A stretch of DNA of 64,000 nt from Vulcanimicrobiota bacterium (GTDB lineage: Bacteria > Vulcanimicrobiota > Vulcanimicrobiia > Vulcanimicrobiales > Vulcanimicrobiaceae): contig CAVRQT010000003.1 in the NCBI GenBank assembly GCA_963723515.1, forward strand, positions 800,001 through 864,000, given 5' to 3'. The position numbers and the translations under genes are program-made. Of the stretch, positions 21,321-32,325 are shown in pieces. The notes under the pieces were generated by a model. That model did no database searches and had not been told where the DNA came from. It worked only from the letters and a program-made list of their open reading frames with translations. Position 1 is the stretch's first letter. Each line of letters starts with the position of its first letter.

Positions 21321-21953
21321 ATGGACGTTGCATCAGCCCGATACGCTTTCGTGGACGTGGAGACGACCGGCTTCAGTCCGGCGACCTGCGCGGTCGTCGA
21401 AGTCGCGTGTCTTATCGTCGAGCGCGGCGTCCTCGTGGAGACCTTTGAGTCCCTCGTCAACCCGCAGCAGCTGATACCGCCATATGCCACGGCAGTCCAT
21501 GGAATCACGGACATGGACGTGGCGGGTCAGCCTACATTAGAGGCTGTTGCTCCGTACGTCGAGTCGATGTGCGCCAACGCGATCGTCGTCGCGCATAACG
21601 CTGCGTTCGACCTCGGTTTCTTGCCGTTTCTCAAAAAATTCCGGAGCGTGTGCTCGTATCGGCTCGCCGCGCGCGTCGTTCCGGAAGCGCCGAATCATCG
21701 CAATCAAACGCTGGGTGCCTTCTTTAACGTCACCGACCCGCTCCTTGAATCCCGCCGCGCACATCGCGCATTAGCGGACGCGGTCGTGACGCGGCACGTC
21801 TTCTTCGCATGCCTATCGCGTTATTTGCGTGCCGGCCTTCCGGACGACGTCGCTTCTCTGCTTGCCTTCACGCGCCGCCATCCGCAACTGTGCCGCTACA
21901 TGCTAGCGATCGCGTTACCCTTGTCACCCGGCCCCGCAAACGTGTCACTCTGA
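21321..21953 (+). CDS. DEDDh 3'-5' exonuclease (DnaQ-like)
   Basis: FVDVETTG, VHGIT, AHNAAFDLGFL, HRALADA. Confidence 0.92.
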   Translation: MDVASARYAFVDVETTGFSPATCAVVEVACLIVERGVLVETFESLVNPQQLIPPYATAVHGITDMDVAGQPTLEAVAPYVESMCANAIVVAHNAAFDLGFLPFLKKFRSVCSYRLAARVVPEAPNHRNQTLGAFFNVTDPLLESRRAHRALADAVVTRHVFFACLSRYLRAGLPDDVASLLAFTRRHPQLCRYMLAIALPLSPGPANVSL

Positions 21954-21966
21954 GCTCGTCGAAGCG
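21942..21966. repeat. REP-like half unit
   Basis: GTGTCACTCTGAGCTCGTCGAAGCG, overlapping the exonuclease stop codon. Confidence 0.65.
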
Positions 21967-22036
21967 CCCCTAAATCGTGGCGCTTTAGCATGGTATCCAC
22001 AACCACCTTACCTAAATAAGAAAAGGAGAACAGAAA

Positions 22037-22195
22037 TTGATTACTCTCGTAGGCTGGATCTTAGGAAACGCTCTCGTCTTTTTCGTCTGCATCGGCGATT
22101 CTGAAGCTGATGGACTGCTACGACCGCCACCGGTATTAGATAGCATTGCAAAAAATCGGCGATCGCATCATTTACTCCGCCTCCGATCTGAATAA
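22037..22195 (+). CDS. Possible small membrane peptide (MITLVGWILGNALVFFVCI...)
   Basis: AAGGAG SD at 22023-22028, TTG start and hydrophobic N-terminus; may really end at TAG 22137-22139 if one base is spurious. Confidence 0.4.
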   Translation: MITLVGWILGNALVFFVCIGDSEADGLLRPPPVLDSIAKNRRSHHLLRLRSE

Positions 22196-25100
22196 GTATT
22201 TGGAGTGCGATTATCTTCTTGCGCTCGATCTTGAGGCGCTCCGGGACAAACTGGAGCGCCCGAAGGCGACCGCGTATTCCGACCTTATTACAAACAAAGG
22301 CGTGGCGCACGAAACTCGCCATCTCGAACAGCTGCGCGCAGCCATAACGGCGGCGTGGTCGAACTGCCGGCCAAAACTGAAGACAACACAATTGCCGCCT
22401 TAGAAGCCGCTGAAGCCCAAACGCGTAAAGCGATGGAGAGCGGCGCCAAGATCATCTACCAAGCGGCGTTCTTTGATGGACAGTGGTTTGGCCGCGCTGA
22501 CTTTCTGCAGCGGGTGGAACGTCCGAGCAACTTAGGCGACTATAGTTACGAAGTCGTCGATACCAAACTCGCTGTCCACACCAAGCCCTACTTCATCGTT
22601 CAACTTTGCTTCTACAGCGCGCAACTCGCGCGCGTGCAAGGCGTTGAACCCGAGTTTATGCACGTCGTCTTAGGGAGCGGCGAACAAGAAGCGCACCGCG
22701 TCTCTGATTACAGCGCCTATTGCGCTCACTTGGCAGAGTCGTTCTTAAAGGAAATGGCACGACTTCAGGCGCTCGACGATCCGGTTAATGCAACGATTCC
22801 CATGCCGGTCAAGCACTGCGAAGTGTGCGCTTGGGATTCGCTCTGCGTGCAACGCCGCGAAAGCGCGGACCATTTAACGCTGGTTGCCCGAATGCGACGA
22901 GATCAAGTTCGCAAACTAGAGGGCGCCGGCATCGACACGGTCGCCGAACTCGCCGTGGCCACGGATGATCAGAAGCCGCCTCGCCTGCGCAAAGAGGCGT
23001 TCACACGCTGCGGCAGCAAGCGCGGCTGCAACTCCATCATCGCCACACCGGCGCGCACAAACACGAACTTTTGCCGCTTGAGGACAAGCTCGGTTTCGGG
23101 CTGTTGCCTGAACCGGACGACGGCGACATCTTTTTCGACATGGAAGGCGACCCGCTATACGAGCCGGCCCGCAATCTCTATTACCTCTTCGGCGCATACA
23201 TGCCGAAGGAAGATCGTTACGTTTCATTTTGGGCATGCGACCCGCGTGACGAGAAGCGCGCCTTTGAGCAGTTCGTCGACTTCGTTGTCGAGCGCCGCCG
23301 AGAGTACCCGGATCTGCACGTCTACCATTACGCGCCCTATGAGAAAACTGCGCTTCGGAGGCTGAGCGTTCAATATGCAACGCGGGAATCCGAGGTAGAC
23401 GAATTCTTGCGCCGCGAGGTGCTCGTCGATCTCTATGCGGTCGTTCGCCAAACGATGCGAATATCGCAACCCAAGTACGGCATTAAATACGTTGAGCCGC
23501 TCTACGGCTTCACGCGCGAAGGTGACGTGCGGCGTGGCGACGAGTCGATCTTAGTCTTTGAGACTTGGCGTACATCGCAAGATGCGAAGCTACTGCAAGA
23601 CATCGAGCGCTACAACGATGCGGACTGCCGCTCTACATCGCGCCTTCGCGATTGGCTGTTAGAGCGGCGCACTGAAGCGATCGCACAATTTGGCGTTGAT
23701 ATTCCGTGGAGACCCTCGCGAGAGCAGAAAACTAAGGCCGAGGAGCGCGAGGAAGAGCTCAATCAGCTTACGGCATTGCAGCGCGAGTTGCTCGAGCCGG
23801 TTCACGACATCGAAACGAAATCGGAGTTCGATCTTCTCGATGACGACCGCAAGGCACGCTGGCTGTTCGGCCACTTGCTCGGCTACCATCGCCGTGAAGC
23901 GAAGCCGGCATGGTGGGCGCTATTCGACCGCGGTGAGAAGACGCTGCTTGAGCTGCAGCTCGAGGATCGTGACGCTCTCGCTGGGCTCGAACTGCGGACG
24001 GATGTTGACCCGGTGCGGGTTGGTCCACGCGACACTACGCTGATTTACACATATCGCTTTCCAGACCAAGAATACAATCTCGGCAACCAACCGGCGGATC
24101 CCGCAACCCAGCAATCCGTTAATTTAGTTGACGTCGACGAAGATGCCGGCATTGTGCGGCTCAAAGTCAAACCCGAGCGGGCAGCGGTCATTCGCGCGCT
24201 GATTCCCGGCGGACCGTACAGCACGCCAAACCAACAAGCCTCACTGCGCGCGAGCGCGAGCGATTATCTTGCTGGAACGCTTGAGCGCAGCCGTCCGGTC
24301 ATTTTGGATCTTCTGCTCGCCCGATCTCCGCGCTTTAGAACGAGAGCCGCAGGTAGCGTCATTCAGCCCGACGTCGTTGATGTTGGTCACATCACCTCGC
24401 TTGTCGAGGACCTCGATCGCAGCTGCCTCTTCATTCAAGGGCCACCAGGAACAGGCAAGTCGACGAAGGGTTCCGAGGTTATCGTGCGCTTGCTCAAAGC
24501 GGGCAAGCGCATCGGCATTATGTCCAACAGCCATAAAGCGATTCAAAATTTGCTTTGCATGGTGGAACAGTGCGCCGACAAGGGTGGAGAGCGCTTTAAC
24601 GGCATCTATTGCGGAAGCAGCGACGATGATGCCGGTTATCAGTCACCGCTCGATGAGCCGATGATTCGCGAAGCGTCTTCTAAAGAGTGCGATGGTTGTT
24701 CGGAGCAGCTTGTGGCCGGCACATCGTGGCTTTTTTCGCGCGAGAGCATGGTGGATGCATTCGATTATCTCTTCATTGATGAAGCAGGCCAAATCGCGCT
24801 CGCGGACGCAATTGCCGTCGCCCGCTGCGCAAGGAATCTCGTATTGCTCGGGGATCCGCTGCAGTTGGCGCAAGTGTCCCAAGGCACTCATCCGCCCGGC
24901 GTCGGTGGTTCAGTGCTGCAGCATCTGCTCGGCGAGCACGCGACAATACCGCCTCGATCGCGGCATCTTTTTGGATGTATCGTATCGGATGCATCCAGAG
25001 ATCTGCTCCTTTATCTCCGATGCGGTATACGAAGGGCGTCTCAAGGCCGCCGACGGAACGGCGGATCAATACGTCGTTAGCGAGGGCCTAACAGGCTACG

Positions 25101-25621
25101 GTTTGCGATACATTCCGATCGAGCATTCCGACAACAGCCGTGAATCCGTTGAGGAAGCCGAGCGCGTCGTCGAAGAGATTCGAGAACTGCTCAAGGGTCG
25201 CGTTAAAACGCGTGATGCTGATGAACGACCAATAACCCCGCAAGACATTCTGGTAGTGTCGCCTTACAATGCTCAGCGTAAGCGAATCCGTCGGCTCCTA
25301 AAGGAAGCGGGCATCGACGTTCGCGTCGGGACCGTCGACAAATTCCAAGGTCAAGAAGCGCCGGTTGTATTCTATTCGATGGCGACGTCGAGCGGCGATG
25401 AGCTACCGCGCAGCGTCAACTTTTTGTTTGAAAAGAACCGCCTAAACGTTGCGATCAGCCGGGCTCAATGCATGAGCGTGCTTGTCGCGAGCCCGCGCCT
25501 TCTCGACGTCCGCTGCTCTTCTGCGGAACAGATCGCAATGGTAAACCTGTTATGTTTATACGCCCAGCAGTCGCTGAGCTATGATGAGAGTCGACTCTCG
25601 ACAAACGACCTCGTCTCTTGA
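22146..25621 (+). CDS. TM0106-family RecB-like nuclease fused to RNase H-like domain and Upf1/DNA2-like SF1 helicase (frameshifted)
   Basis: SASDL..YLEC, GRADFL...VVDTKLA, CEVC.W..LC, FFDMEGDP, YHYAPYE, GPPGTGKST, DEAGQ, GDPLQL, YRMHPEI, PYNAQ, TVDKFQGQE, NRLNVAISRA. Confidence 0.9.
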
Positions 25622-27466
25622 TCCATGAAGTAGATAAAACACCCTTTCAACCCTCGGGTGAGCAATACACGGTACGTGTTCTTTATTAAATTAATGAAGG
25701 TTTCAGGAAGAGCTTGCTTTACCGCCGAGTCGTGTGACGCGGCTTTGACCCCTTTCCATCCGCCTTCTGAAGGACGGTACACCAGATCCATACCCCAGAT
25801 CACGCCGACATAATCGAACTCGAATCCCTGCGCCGTATAAATGCAGCCTATTTGATCAATGCCGTGCGGATCCGTTGCCCAGTAGTCGCTTTTCGGAATC
25901 GTACGGGGCAAGTAACAGACTCGGGCCTTGCGTTCCAAGGGCGCTTGTAATCACCGATGACGACATCGTCGACTAAGATGCCATCCTTTGCTCTTGACCA
26001 CTTCCAGCAGAAGCCAGCAGTCAGCCGAGCACTTTCGCGGTTCATGGCCTTTGTTTTGATTGCGCGCTCCAACTGCTCCGGGCTATCGAAGATTTTCAGC
26101 TGAAAGTCGCCAGCCGTATCGTATTCAAACTGATCTGTAGATCGAATATTGAGTAGTTCATCGACCCAGTCAATGAACTCGTCTGATCCGTTACAGCGGA
26201 ACTGCGCCTTGAGCTCCTGCTCCCTTAAATGTGCACCGGCCGTTATCGCAGCCTCACGAATTAACAACGACGACCCGACCTCTCCGGGACGTACAACTTG
26301 CTTGTCGTCGATGAAAAATACTGAGACTTTCGCCGCGCCTATCAACTCATCTATCTGGGTGCGCTGTGAACGCTCGCTTCGACGCGTAAAACGGTTGTTG
26401 CTCGATTCGCGAATCCGATGCGCCTCATCACACAGCAGCACATCTATGTCTCCGCGCTCAGTTGCGGCATAGCTATTGAAGTATTTCAGCTGCGCTGATG
26501 CCCGTTTACCGATGGCGCCTCGCAGATTGCCAGTAAAGGCGCGTAAGCCCGTCGCGTGCTGAACATTGTAATTTGCCTTCAGTAGATCCGCCATAACATA
26601 GAGACAATAACTGATTTGCCAGTGCCCGGGCCGCCTTTGATAATCACACCGTGCGCGGGTCGGTTTCAAGCGCTGGCCCGAACGGATATAACTGCTTTCC
26701 GGCTTCTGTAAATATCTTTTGGTAGGCGACCCGTTGTTCGCGCAATAACACGTACTCTTGCGCCTTTCCGTGAACCATTGTGGCCACGTGTTCCAATAGT
26801 TTTTTGCTAGGCGCATACGGACTCGACGTCACCCGCTCCAAGATTGCATCCCGTTGCCGCATGACAGACGATCATTGAGGAACTCCGCTAGTGTAGGACC
26901 GTCTGCCGCAGTAAACAAGGGCGTCTCAGTCACTATTCCTCGAAACTTCTCAGCAAGGAGCGCGGAACCCGGATCAGGTTGCAGATTATGAAGCCAGCTG
27001 CACGCCGCCAAGCCGACAGTTGGCTCCTCGTGAAAAACCGTTCGATTGTCACGTAGGTATTGTGCATAGTCGCGCGCTTGTACTGAGGGGTGCAGTTCTT
27101 CGCTTGGGCGCGGCCCATATTGGACAATGACACATTCTTCCTCTTCAGCCGGTTGCGCGTCAGACCACTGCTTCAATTAAAGGATTACGGCGTTCGGCTC
27201 ACCCTTGGTACTAATGCCCGTAACATGCAATCAAGGCGCAGCGACGTCAACGGCAATTGCATCTCGAGAATAACGCCGTGGTCTCTAAGGCCCGTCAAGC
27301 GCATCTGACTCGACAGCGCGTGTAGCGAATAGCGCCAGGAGTTTTGTTCAGACAGCGATGGTTCGTGATTGTAGTAATCGAGAAAGCTGACCCGCAGTCG
27401 ATCGACCAGCTGTCGCTCATCTTCTAAGCGATCGAAATCTTCTGCTGACCCCTTAAACAGCTCCAT
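25579..27466 (-). CDS. DUF2075 (Schlafen group 3-like) helicase with N-terminal nuclease-like domain (frameshifted)
   Basis: LEMQLPLTSLRLD, KQWS, HPSVQARDY, GGPGTGKS, DEAHR, QFRC, ARLTAGFCWKW, GCIYTAQGFEFDYVGVIWG, NTYRVLLTRG. Confidence 0.88.
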
Positions 27467-27666
27467 TTTTGAACCTTTCTAATTAAAGATCGGCAGTTCA
27501 CGGCCGCGTTCATAATTAAACCCGAATAGTGGTGCAGTGCTGTATCCCGCGTCCTCAAATCCGGGCTGCAAGCCGCCGAAATACTGGCGGAGCACAAGGG
27601 CGCACGCCCGCCGCCCTTCGCTGTGGCGACAGCCTTTCCACCCATGTTGGTGGTTGGATCGTAGCG

Positions 27667-29040
27667 CTAGTGCACCAAGAGCAAGAGCGAAGCGCCATAG
27701 AGCGAGCGCGACGAAGCTAATTACGGTGAAGCCCATGACGCGGCGGATGCTGATGCCGGCGATCGCAATAATCGGTAGAGCCCAGAACGGCTGTATCATG
27801 TTCGCGACTTCTTCTCCCATCGCAACGCCCATGCTTGAAGCGGCTTGTGAAGCGTGCAGATGCACTGCCGCTGGAACCACAAACGGACCTTGCACCGCCC
27901 AGTGGCCGCCGCCGCTCGGAACAAATAGACTGATGATCACGGAAGCGATGTAACTCCAGAACGGCAGCGTCGCTGCGGTTGAAAAGGCGACAAAGCCTTG
28001 TGCGATGACGCCTGCGAGCCCGGTACCCGTCATCAACCCCATGATTCCGCCGTAAAGCGGATACTGCAGCATCAACGGTCCCGTGATGCTCGCCGCGTTG
28101 TTGACGGCTCGCACGTACGCGATCGGGCGCCAATGAAGCAGCAGCCCAAGGATTAGAAAGATGAAGATTACGGACTTAATGTCGAGCGCAAAGCCGGTCG
28201 TTGCCCATGTCACGACAATGTAGGCGATGCCCGCTGAAGGCAAGGATAAGATTCAGGATCCACGCATTCTCGAGCGCACTCGCGAAGGTTCGGCCCGATG
28301 ACGCAAGGTGGGGCCGGTTCATCTTCTCGACGCAAGCGCTCGGCGTCGGCGTAAACCGATGCGCTTGCCGGCGGCTGCATCAACGTGTAGATGATCGGAA
28401 TAGCGATCAGCAACACGATGACCGGCACGAGATTGAACGCCGTGAAGATCGACTGACTCAGCGGCACAATGGCGCCGGTTAGCTTGTGCACGATATTCAA
28501 GTTCGAGCCTGGCGTTGCTTGAGCGAGAGCAATCGAGCTTGAAAGGCCGCTCGCCCAGATTAAGAAGCCCGAGTACGCGGCGGCGACAAGCCAGCCGAAG
28601 TCGACGCGAACCCGTTTCGCAATTTCGCGAGCCATAAGCGCCGCCACGATTAATCCGAATCCCCAGTTCAGCCAGCAGGCGACGGCGGAGACGAGGAACG
28701 TGACGACGATCGCTTGACGCGGCGTCGTCGCGAACGACGCGATTGATTCGAGGGTGCGGCGAATCGGTTTCGCGTTCGCGAGCGCGTAGCCGGTCACGAG
28801 AATTAAGATCATCTGGAACGCGAATTCCAAGATGTTGAAGATTCCGGCGTACCAAGCGCCGAGGAGCTGCATCGGCGCGTGATGCGGCGCGAAGATTAGC
28901 GCGAGCACTGCGGTCAGCAGCGTTAGGAGCACAGCGAGCAGGTACGGGTCCGGCAGTATGCGTTCGAACAGCGCGACGAAAGCGCCGACGATCGCGCTTA
29001 ACGGCGAAGGGCGTTCTGCCACGTCTACATTGGTTGCCAT
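27667..29040 (-). CDS. atoE: Short-chain fatty acid transporter (AtoE/TIGR00366 family; frameshifted)
   Basis: ERILPDPY, FAFQMILILVTGY, WLNWGFGL, GLSSSI, QYPLYGGIMG, FVPSGGGHWAVQGP, NMIQPFWALP. Confidence 0.88.
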
Positions 29041-29091
29041 GTTCGCGTGTTCGAACGGCGCGCGTCTAAGTCATACGCGCCAACCAATCAC

Positions 29092-29452
29092 CCTTCGATG
29101 CTTCGACGCCGCTCAGCACAGGCGCACTGCTCAGGGTGACACAGTGGCAAGACACTCCTCAGCCACAGCGCGCATATGGGCACGATCACGGCGGCGCTTC
29201 GACAAGCTCAGGGTGACACAGTGGAAAGACGCTCGTTGGTCCTTACGATCCCACTGCATTATCGCGGCGCTTCGACTAGCTCAGCGTGACAGGGGCACGC
29301 ATGATTGCCGCTTGCCATCCTTCGACAAGCTCAGGATGACACTGGGGCTGCTTTGTTCGTTCCGATCACGGTGGCGCTTCGACAAGCTCAGCGTGACAGG
29401 GGCACGCATGATCACCGCTTGCCATCCTTCGACAGGCTCAGGATGACACTGG
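29092..29452. repeat. Head-to-tail array of REP-like right arms
   Basis: CTTCGAC(A/T)(A/G)GCTCAG(G/C)(G/A)TGACA at 29197, 29270, 29320, 29377 and 29427, plus a degenerate copy at 29101; 107-bp higher-order duplication. Confidence 0.88.
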
Positions 29453-29478
29453 GACTACCTTATTCGAGGGCCGTAGGC

Positions 29479-29514
29479 TTGACATTATAATACTATACCG
29501 TTTAGTATTGTAAT
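29479..29514 (+). promoter_or_regulatory. Sigma70 promoter overlapped by a TetR-type operator
   Basis: TTGACA 29479-29484, N18, TAGTAT; palindrome ATTATAATACTA-N7-TAGTATTGTAAT; GTG start at 29516 suggests a leaderless transcript. Confidence 0.7.
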
Positions 29515-29515
29515 T

Positions 29516-30100
29516 GTGCAGCGGAAGTCAACGCGCGGGAGGCCGCGTGATATCAGGCTTGACGATCGCATTGTGGCCGCGACGCTGGGATTGATTTCCG
29601 AACGCGGGCTTAGCGGGATGGCGATGGATGAAGTTGCCGCCCGGAGCGGCGTCAGTAAAGCGACCATCTACCAGCGCTGGCCGTCAAAGGACGCGCTGGT
29701 TCTTCATGCCCTGCGGCAACTGCAGCTCCATCTCCCGAAACTTAAGTCCACGAATCCACGCACCAATTGCATCACGCTTCTGCGAGACGCAATCGATATG
29801 GACGATGGCCATCCGGCGGAACGGATCCTTGCGCGCGCAATCGCGGAATTACCCGATCATCCGGATCTCGCACCGATCTTGCGTGCTCGAATCGTCGATC
29901 CGCGACGTGACCTCTGCACTCAACAACTCGAACGCGCGATCGCAAAACGCCAACTCTCAAAGCGGACCGATATTCCGCTCGCTGTCGATCTTCTGACCAG
30001 CCCGATCTTCTTCCGCCGTTTGATCAACGCCAACGGCGATCTCAAAAAGGCGCTACCCGCAAAACTCGTCGACGCCGTTTGGAAGGCGTTCAAAAACTAA
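29516..30100 (+). CDS. TetR/AcrR family regulator
   Basis: RGRPRD, MDEVAARSGVSKATIYQRWPSKDAL. Confidence 0.93.
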   Translation: MQRKSTRGRPRDIRLDDRIVAATLGLISERGLSGMAMDEVAARSGVSKATIYQRWPSKDALVLHALRQLQLHLPKLKSTNPRTNCITLLRDAIDMDDGHPAERILARAIAELPDHPDLAPILRARIVDPRRDLCTQQLERAIAKRQLSKRTDIPLAVDLLTSPIFFRRLINANGDLKKALPAKLVDAVWKAFKN

Positions 30101-30115
30101 ACCAACGGAGGATCT

Positions 30116-30235
30116 ATGTTTATCGTTACACTGCTCGTTCTCTCGGTCTTCATCGGTTACAAACTGCTCAGTGCCATGCCGCAGCTACGGGCGCGGCGTC
30201 GTGACGACGATGGGAGTCCGCCGGGGATGTGGTGA
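30116..30235 (+). CDS. Unannotated 39-aa single-TM protein MFIVTLLVLSVFIGYKLLSAMPQLRARRRDDDGSPPGMW
   Basis: GGAGG SD 5 bp upstream; starts 15 bp after the TetR stop. Confidence 0.5.
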   Translation: MFIVTLLVLSVFIGYKLLSAMPQLRARRRDDDGSPPGMW

Positions 30236-30670
30236 GCCCGTATACATCGGGCGCGGTGTCACCACAGGTTCCGCTGTGAACACCGTTGTCGGCCTGACGT
30301 GCGGCGCGAGTTGTTCGTTCGGCCGCATCGTGCGCAGCGGCGCCGGCCCAAGACACTCGACGTACAATTTGCGTGAATCGAGGTCGTAACTCACACGCGC
30401 GCCGAGCAAACGCAACGTTGGAGCGACCGCAACATAGTAACCTTGTAGTGTTGCTGGCTCGATAACGCCGGTGAAAATGCGCGCGACACGACCATCGCGC
30501 CGAATCACCATCACGTCCCGCCGATAACTAATCCGATCCGCACAACGCGTCACGAACGGAATGACGGGCGCCATAATCCGCGCATGCAGCAGATATGGAT
30601 GATTGTACGATTGCACCGGCGCACCGCCGATGATAATCGTAATTGGAATCGCGGCAAGTGGGGAAATCAC
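30185..30670 (-). CDS. Hypothetical protein, possibly copper-amine-oxidase N-terminal (stalk)-like
   Basis: 'YVAVAPTLRLLGARVSYD' motif and Pro-rich tail. Confidence 0.55.
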   Translation of the reverse strand: MISPLAAIPITIIIGGAPVQSYNHPYLLHARIMAPVIPFVTRCADRISYRRDVMVIRRDGRVARIFTGVIEPATLQGYYVAVAPTLRLLGARVSYDLDSRKLYVECLGPAPLRTMRPNEQLAPHVRPTTVFTAEPVVTPRPMYTGSPHPRRTPIVVTTPRP

Positions 30671-30696
30671 GGTCCAGCCGCGATATACCGCATCGA

Positions 30697-31533
30697 ATGA
30701 GACGGCTCATCTTCGCCTTTCGAGAAGCCGGCCTGCGGTTCTCACGCGACGGATGCGCCTTCTTAGCGCAGGCGATTGCCTACAACGCGCTCTTCACGCT
30801 CTTCCCGCTCGTGGTTCTTTCAATCACGATCGCGTCGCTGTTCTTTCCGGATAGCCAACAGCGCGTCTTGAGCTTCGTCGACACGCTTGCGCCATCACTG
30901 CACGACTTCATCGCGCAAAATCTTAGCAATTATCTCGGCGGACGCGCTGCGTCCAGCATTATCGCGGTCCTCTTCCTCATTTGGTCGGGCAAGAATCTCT
31001 TCTTGACACTTGCCTACGCGCTCGATCGCGCGCTTGGCGTGCCCAAAGGGCGGCCCCTGGTCCACGACATCGCACTATCGCTGGTCATGTTGCCGCTCGT
31101 CGGCATATTGCTTCTTGTCGCGATGACGCTGCCGATTTTGATTTCGATTATCGTCGCGCTCATCACCCTCCCCGATCAAGCGTTCGTCACGCGGCTTCTC
31201 GGCTACGGCGCGTCACTGCTGATCGTCTTTGTACTGACGATCATCATGTATACGTTCTTGCCGAACCGCCGGGTCATTTGGCACTTCGCCGTGCCGGGCG
31301 CATCGTTTGCCGCCTTGACATGGCCTGCGGTGCAATATCTCTTCGAGCAATACACGACGCACGTCAATTTTACGCACGTCTACGGCGCACTCTCGGCGCC
31401 GCTCGCGCTACTGCTCTGGTTTTATCTTATGGGATCGATCTTTCTCTTTGGTGCGCAATTGTGCGCGGGCTGGGCGCATGTCAAAGGGACGATGAAAGTT
31501 GCACCGATCGTCGATGAAGTCGCCGCTCAGTAA
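30697..31533 (+). CDS. YihY/virulence factor BrkB family membrane protein
   Basis: AQAIAYNALFTLFP, YTFLPN, VYGALSAPLALLLWFYL...LFGAQ. Confidence 0.9.
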   Translation: MRRLIFAFREAGLRFSRDGCAFLAQAIAYNALFTLFPLVVLSITIASLFFPDSQQRVLSFVDTLAPSLHDFIAQNLSNYLGGRAASSIIAVLFLIWSGKNLFLTLAYALDRALGVPKGRPLVHDIALSLVMLPLVGILLLVAMTLPILISIIVALITLPDQAFVTRLLGYGASLLIVFVLTIIMYTFLPNRRVIWHFAVPGASFAALTWPAVQYLFEQYTTHVNFTHVYGALSAPLALLLWFYLMGSIFLFGAQLCAGWAHVKGTMKVAPIVDEVAAQ

Positions 31534-32217
31534 GTGATTATCTTCATTCACGGCTCCGGATTCACCGGTGCTATCTTCCGGGATCAAGTTACAGCCTTTG
31601 CAAACAGCATCGCGCCGAACTTGCCAGGCCACGCATCACATGGCAGCGCGAAGAGCGTTTCAGAGTTCGGTGACTTCATCGGAGCCTTTATCAAAGAGCA
31701 CAAACTCCACGACGTCACATTGTGCGGCAATTCGCTCGGCGGTGCCGTTGCGCTTGATGTTGCCTTGCGAAAGAATCCGGTCGTCCGCTCCATTGTGCTG
31801 CTGGGCTCCGGGGCGCGGCTGCGCGTTGCGCCCGCCATTCTGAACGGACTCCGCGATGATTTCGAACCGACAATTAATGAAGTGGCCAGAATGCTCTATG
31901 CCGACCCATCCGAAGAGCAGATTGCGTACGCCGTTGCGGCGATGCGTCGCGTTGGCGCTAGCCAGACGTTAGCGGATTATGAGGCCTGCAACGCCTTCAA
32001 TGTCATGGAGCGGCTCGACAGCATCGCGATCCCGGTCCTGGCGATCACGGGTGAGCACGACCGGATGACGCCGCCGAAGTACGCCGATCTTTTGGCGGCA
32101 CGGGTTCAGCGTGGAGAAGCGCGAATCGTCTCCGGCGCCGGACATATGGTGATGGTGGAGCGTCCGACTGAAACGAACCGCCTGATCGCGGAGTTTCTTA
32201 AGCAGGGCCTGGGATGA
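31534..32217 (+). CDS. Alpha/beta hydrolase
   Basis: IFIHGSG, LPGH, GNSLGG, GEHDRMTP, GAGHMV. Confidence 0.9.
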   Translation: MIIFIHGSGFTGAIFRDQVTAFANSIAPNLPGHASHGSAKSVSEFGDFIGAFIKEHKLHDVTLCGNSLGGAVALDVALRKNPVVRSIVLLGSGARLRVAPAILNGLRDDFEPTINEVARMLYADPSEEQIAYAVAAMRRVGASQTLADYEACNAFNVMERLDSIAIPVLAITGEHDRMTPPKYADLLAARVQRGEARIVSGAGHMVMVERPTETNRLIAEFLKQGLG

Positions 32218-32224
32218 CGGTTGC

Positions 32225-32294
32225 GCTTCGAGCTTCGGCACTGCTCAGCACAGGCTCACTGCTCAGCGTGACACAGAAAAGCTCAGCGTGACAC
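32225..32294. repeat. REP-like right-arm copies
   Basis: GCTCAGCACAGGCTCACTGCTCAGCGTGACAC plus a second GCTCAGCGTGACAC. Confidence 0.75.
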
Positions 32295-32325
32295 AAGGAG
32301 CATTCGCGTAAAGGCGCGTGACAAG

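Noticed and set aside
22146..23070. Cas4 gene
   Set aside because: The RecB-like Cys-containing domain is the N-terminus of a TM0106 nuclease-helicase fusion, with no cas1/cas2 or array.
29092..29452. CRISPR array
   Set aside because: Spacers are uneven and duplicated, the repeat is dispersed across the window in both orientations, and no cas genes are present.
28958..29490. ORFs containing FDKLRVT/FDKLRMT repeats
   Set aside because: They are translations of the REP-like repeats.
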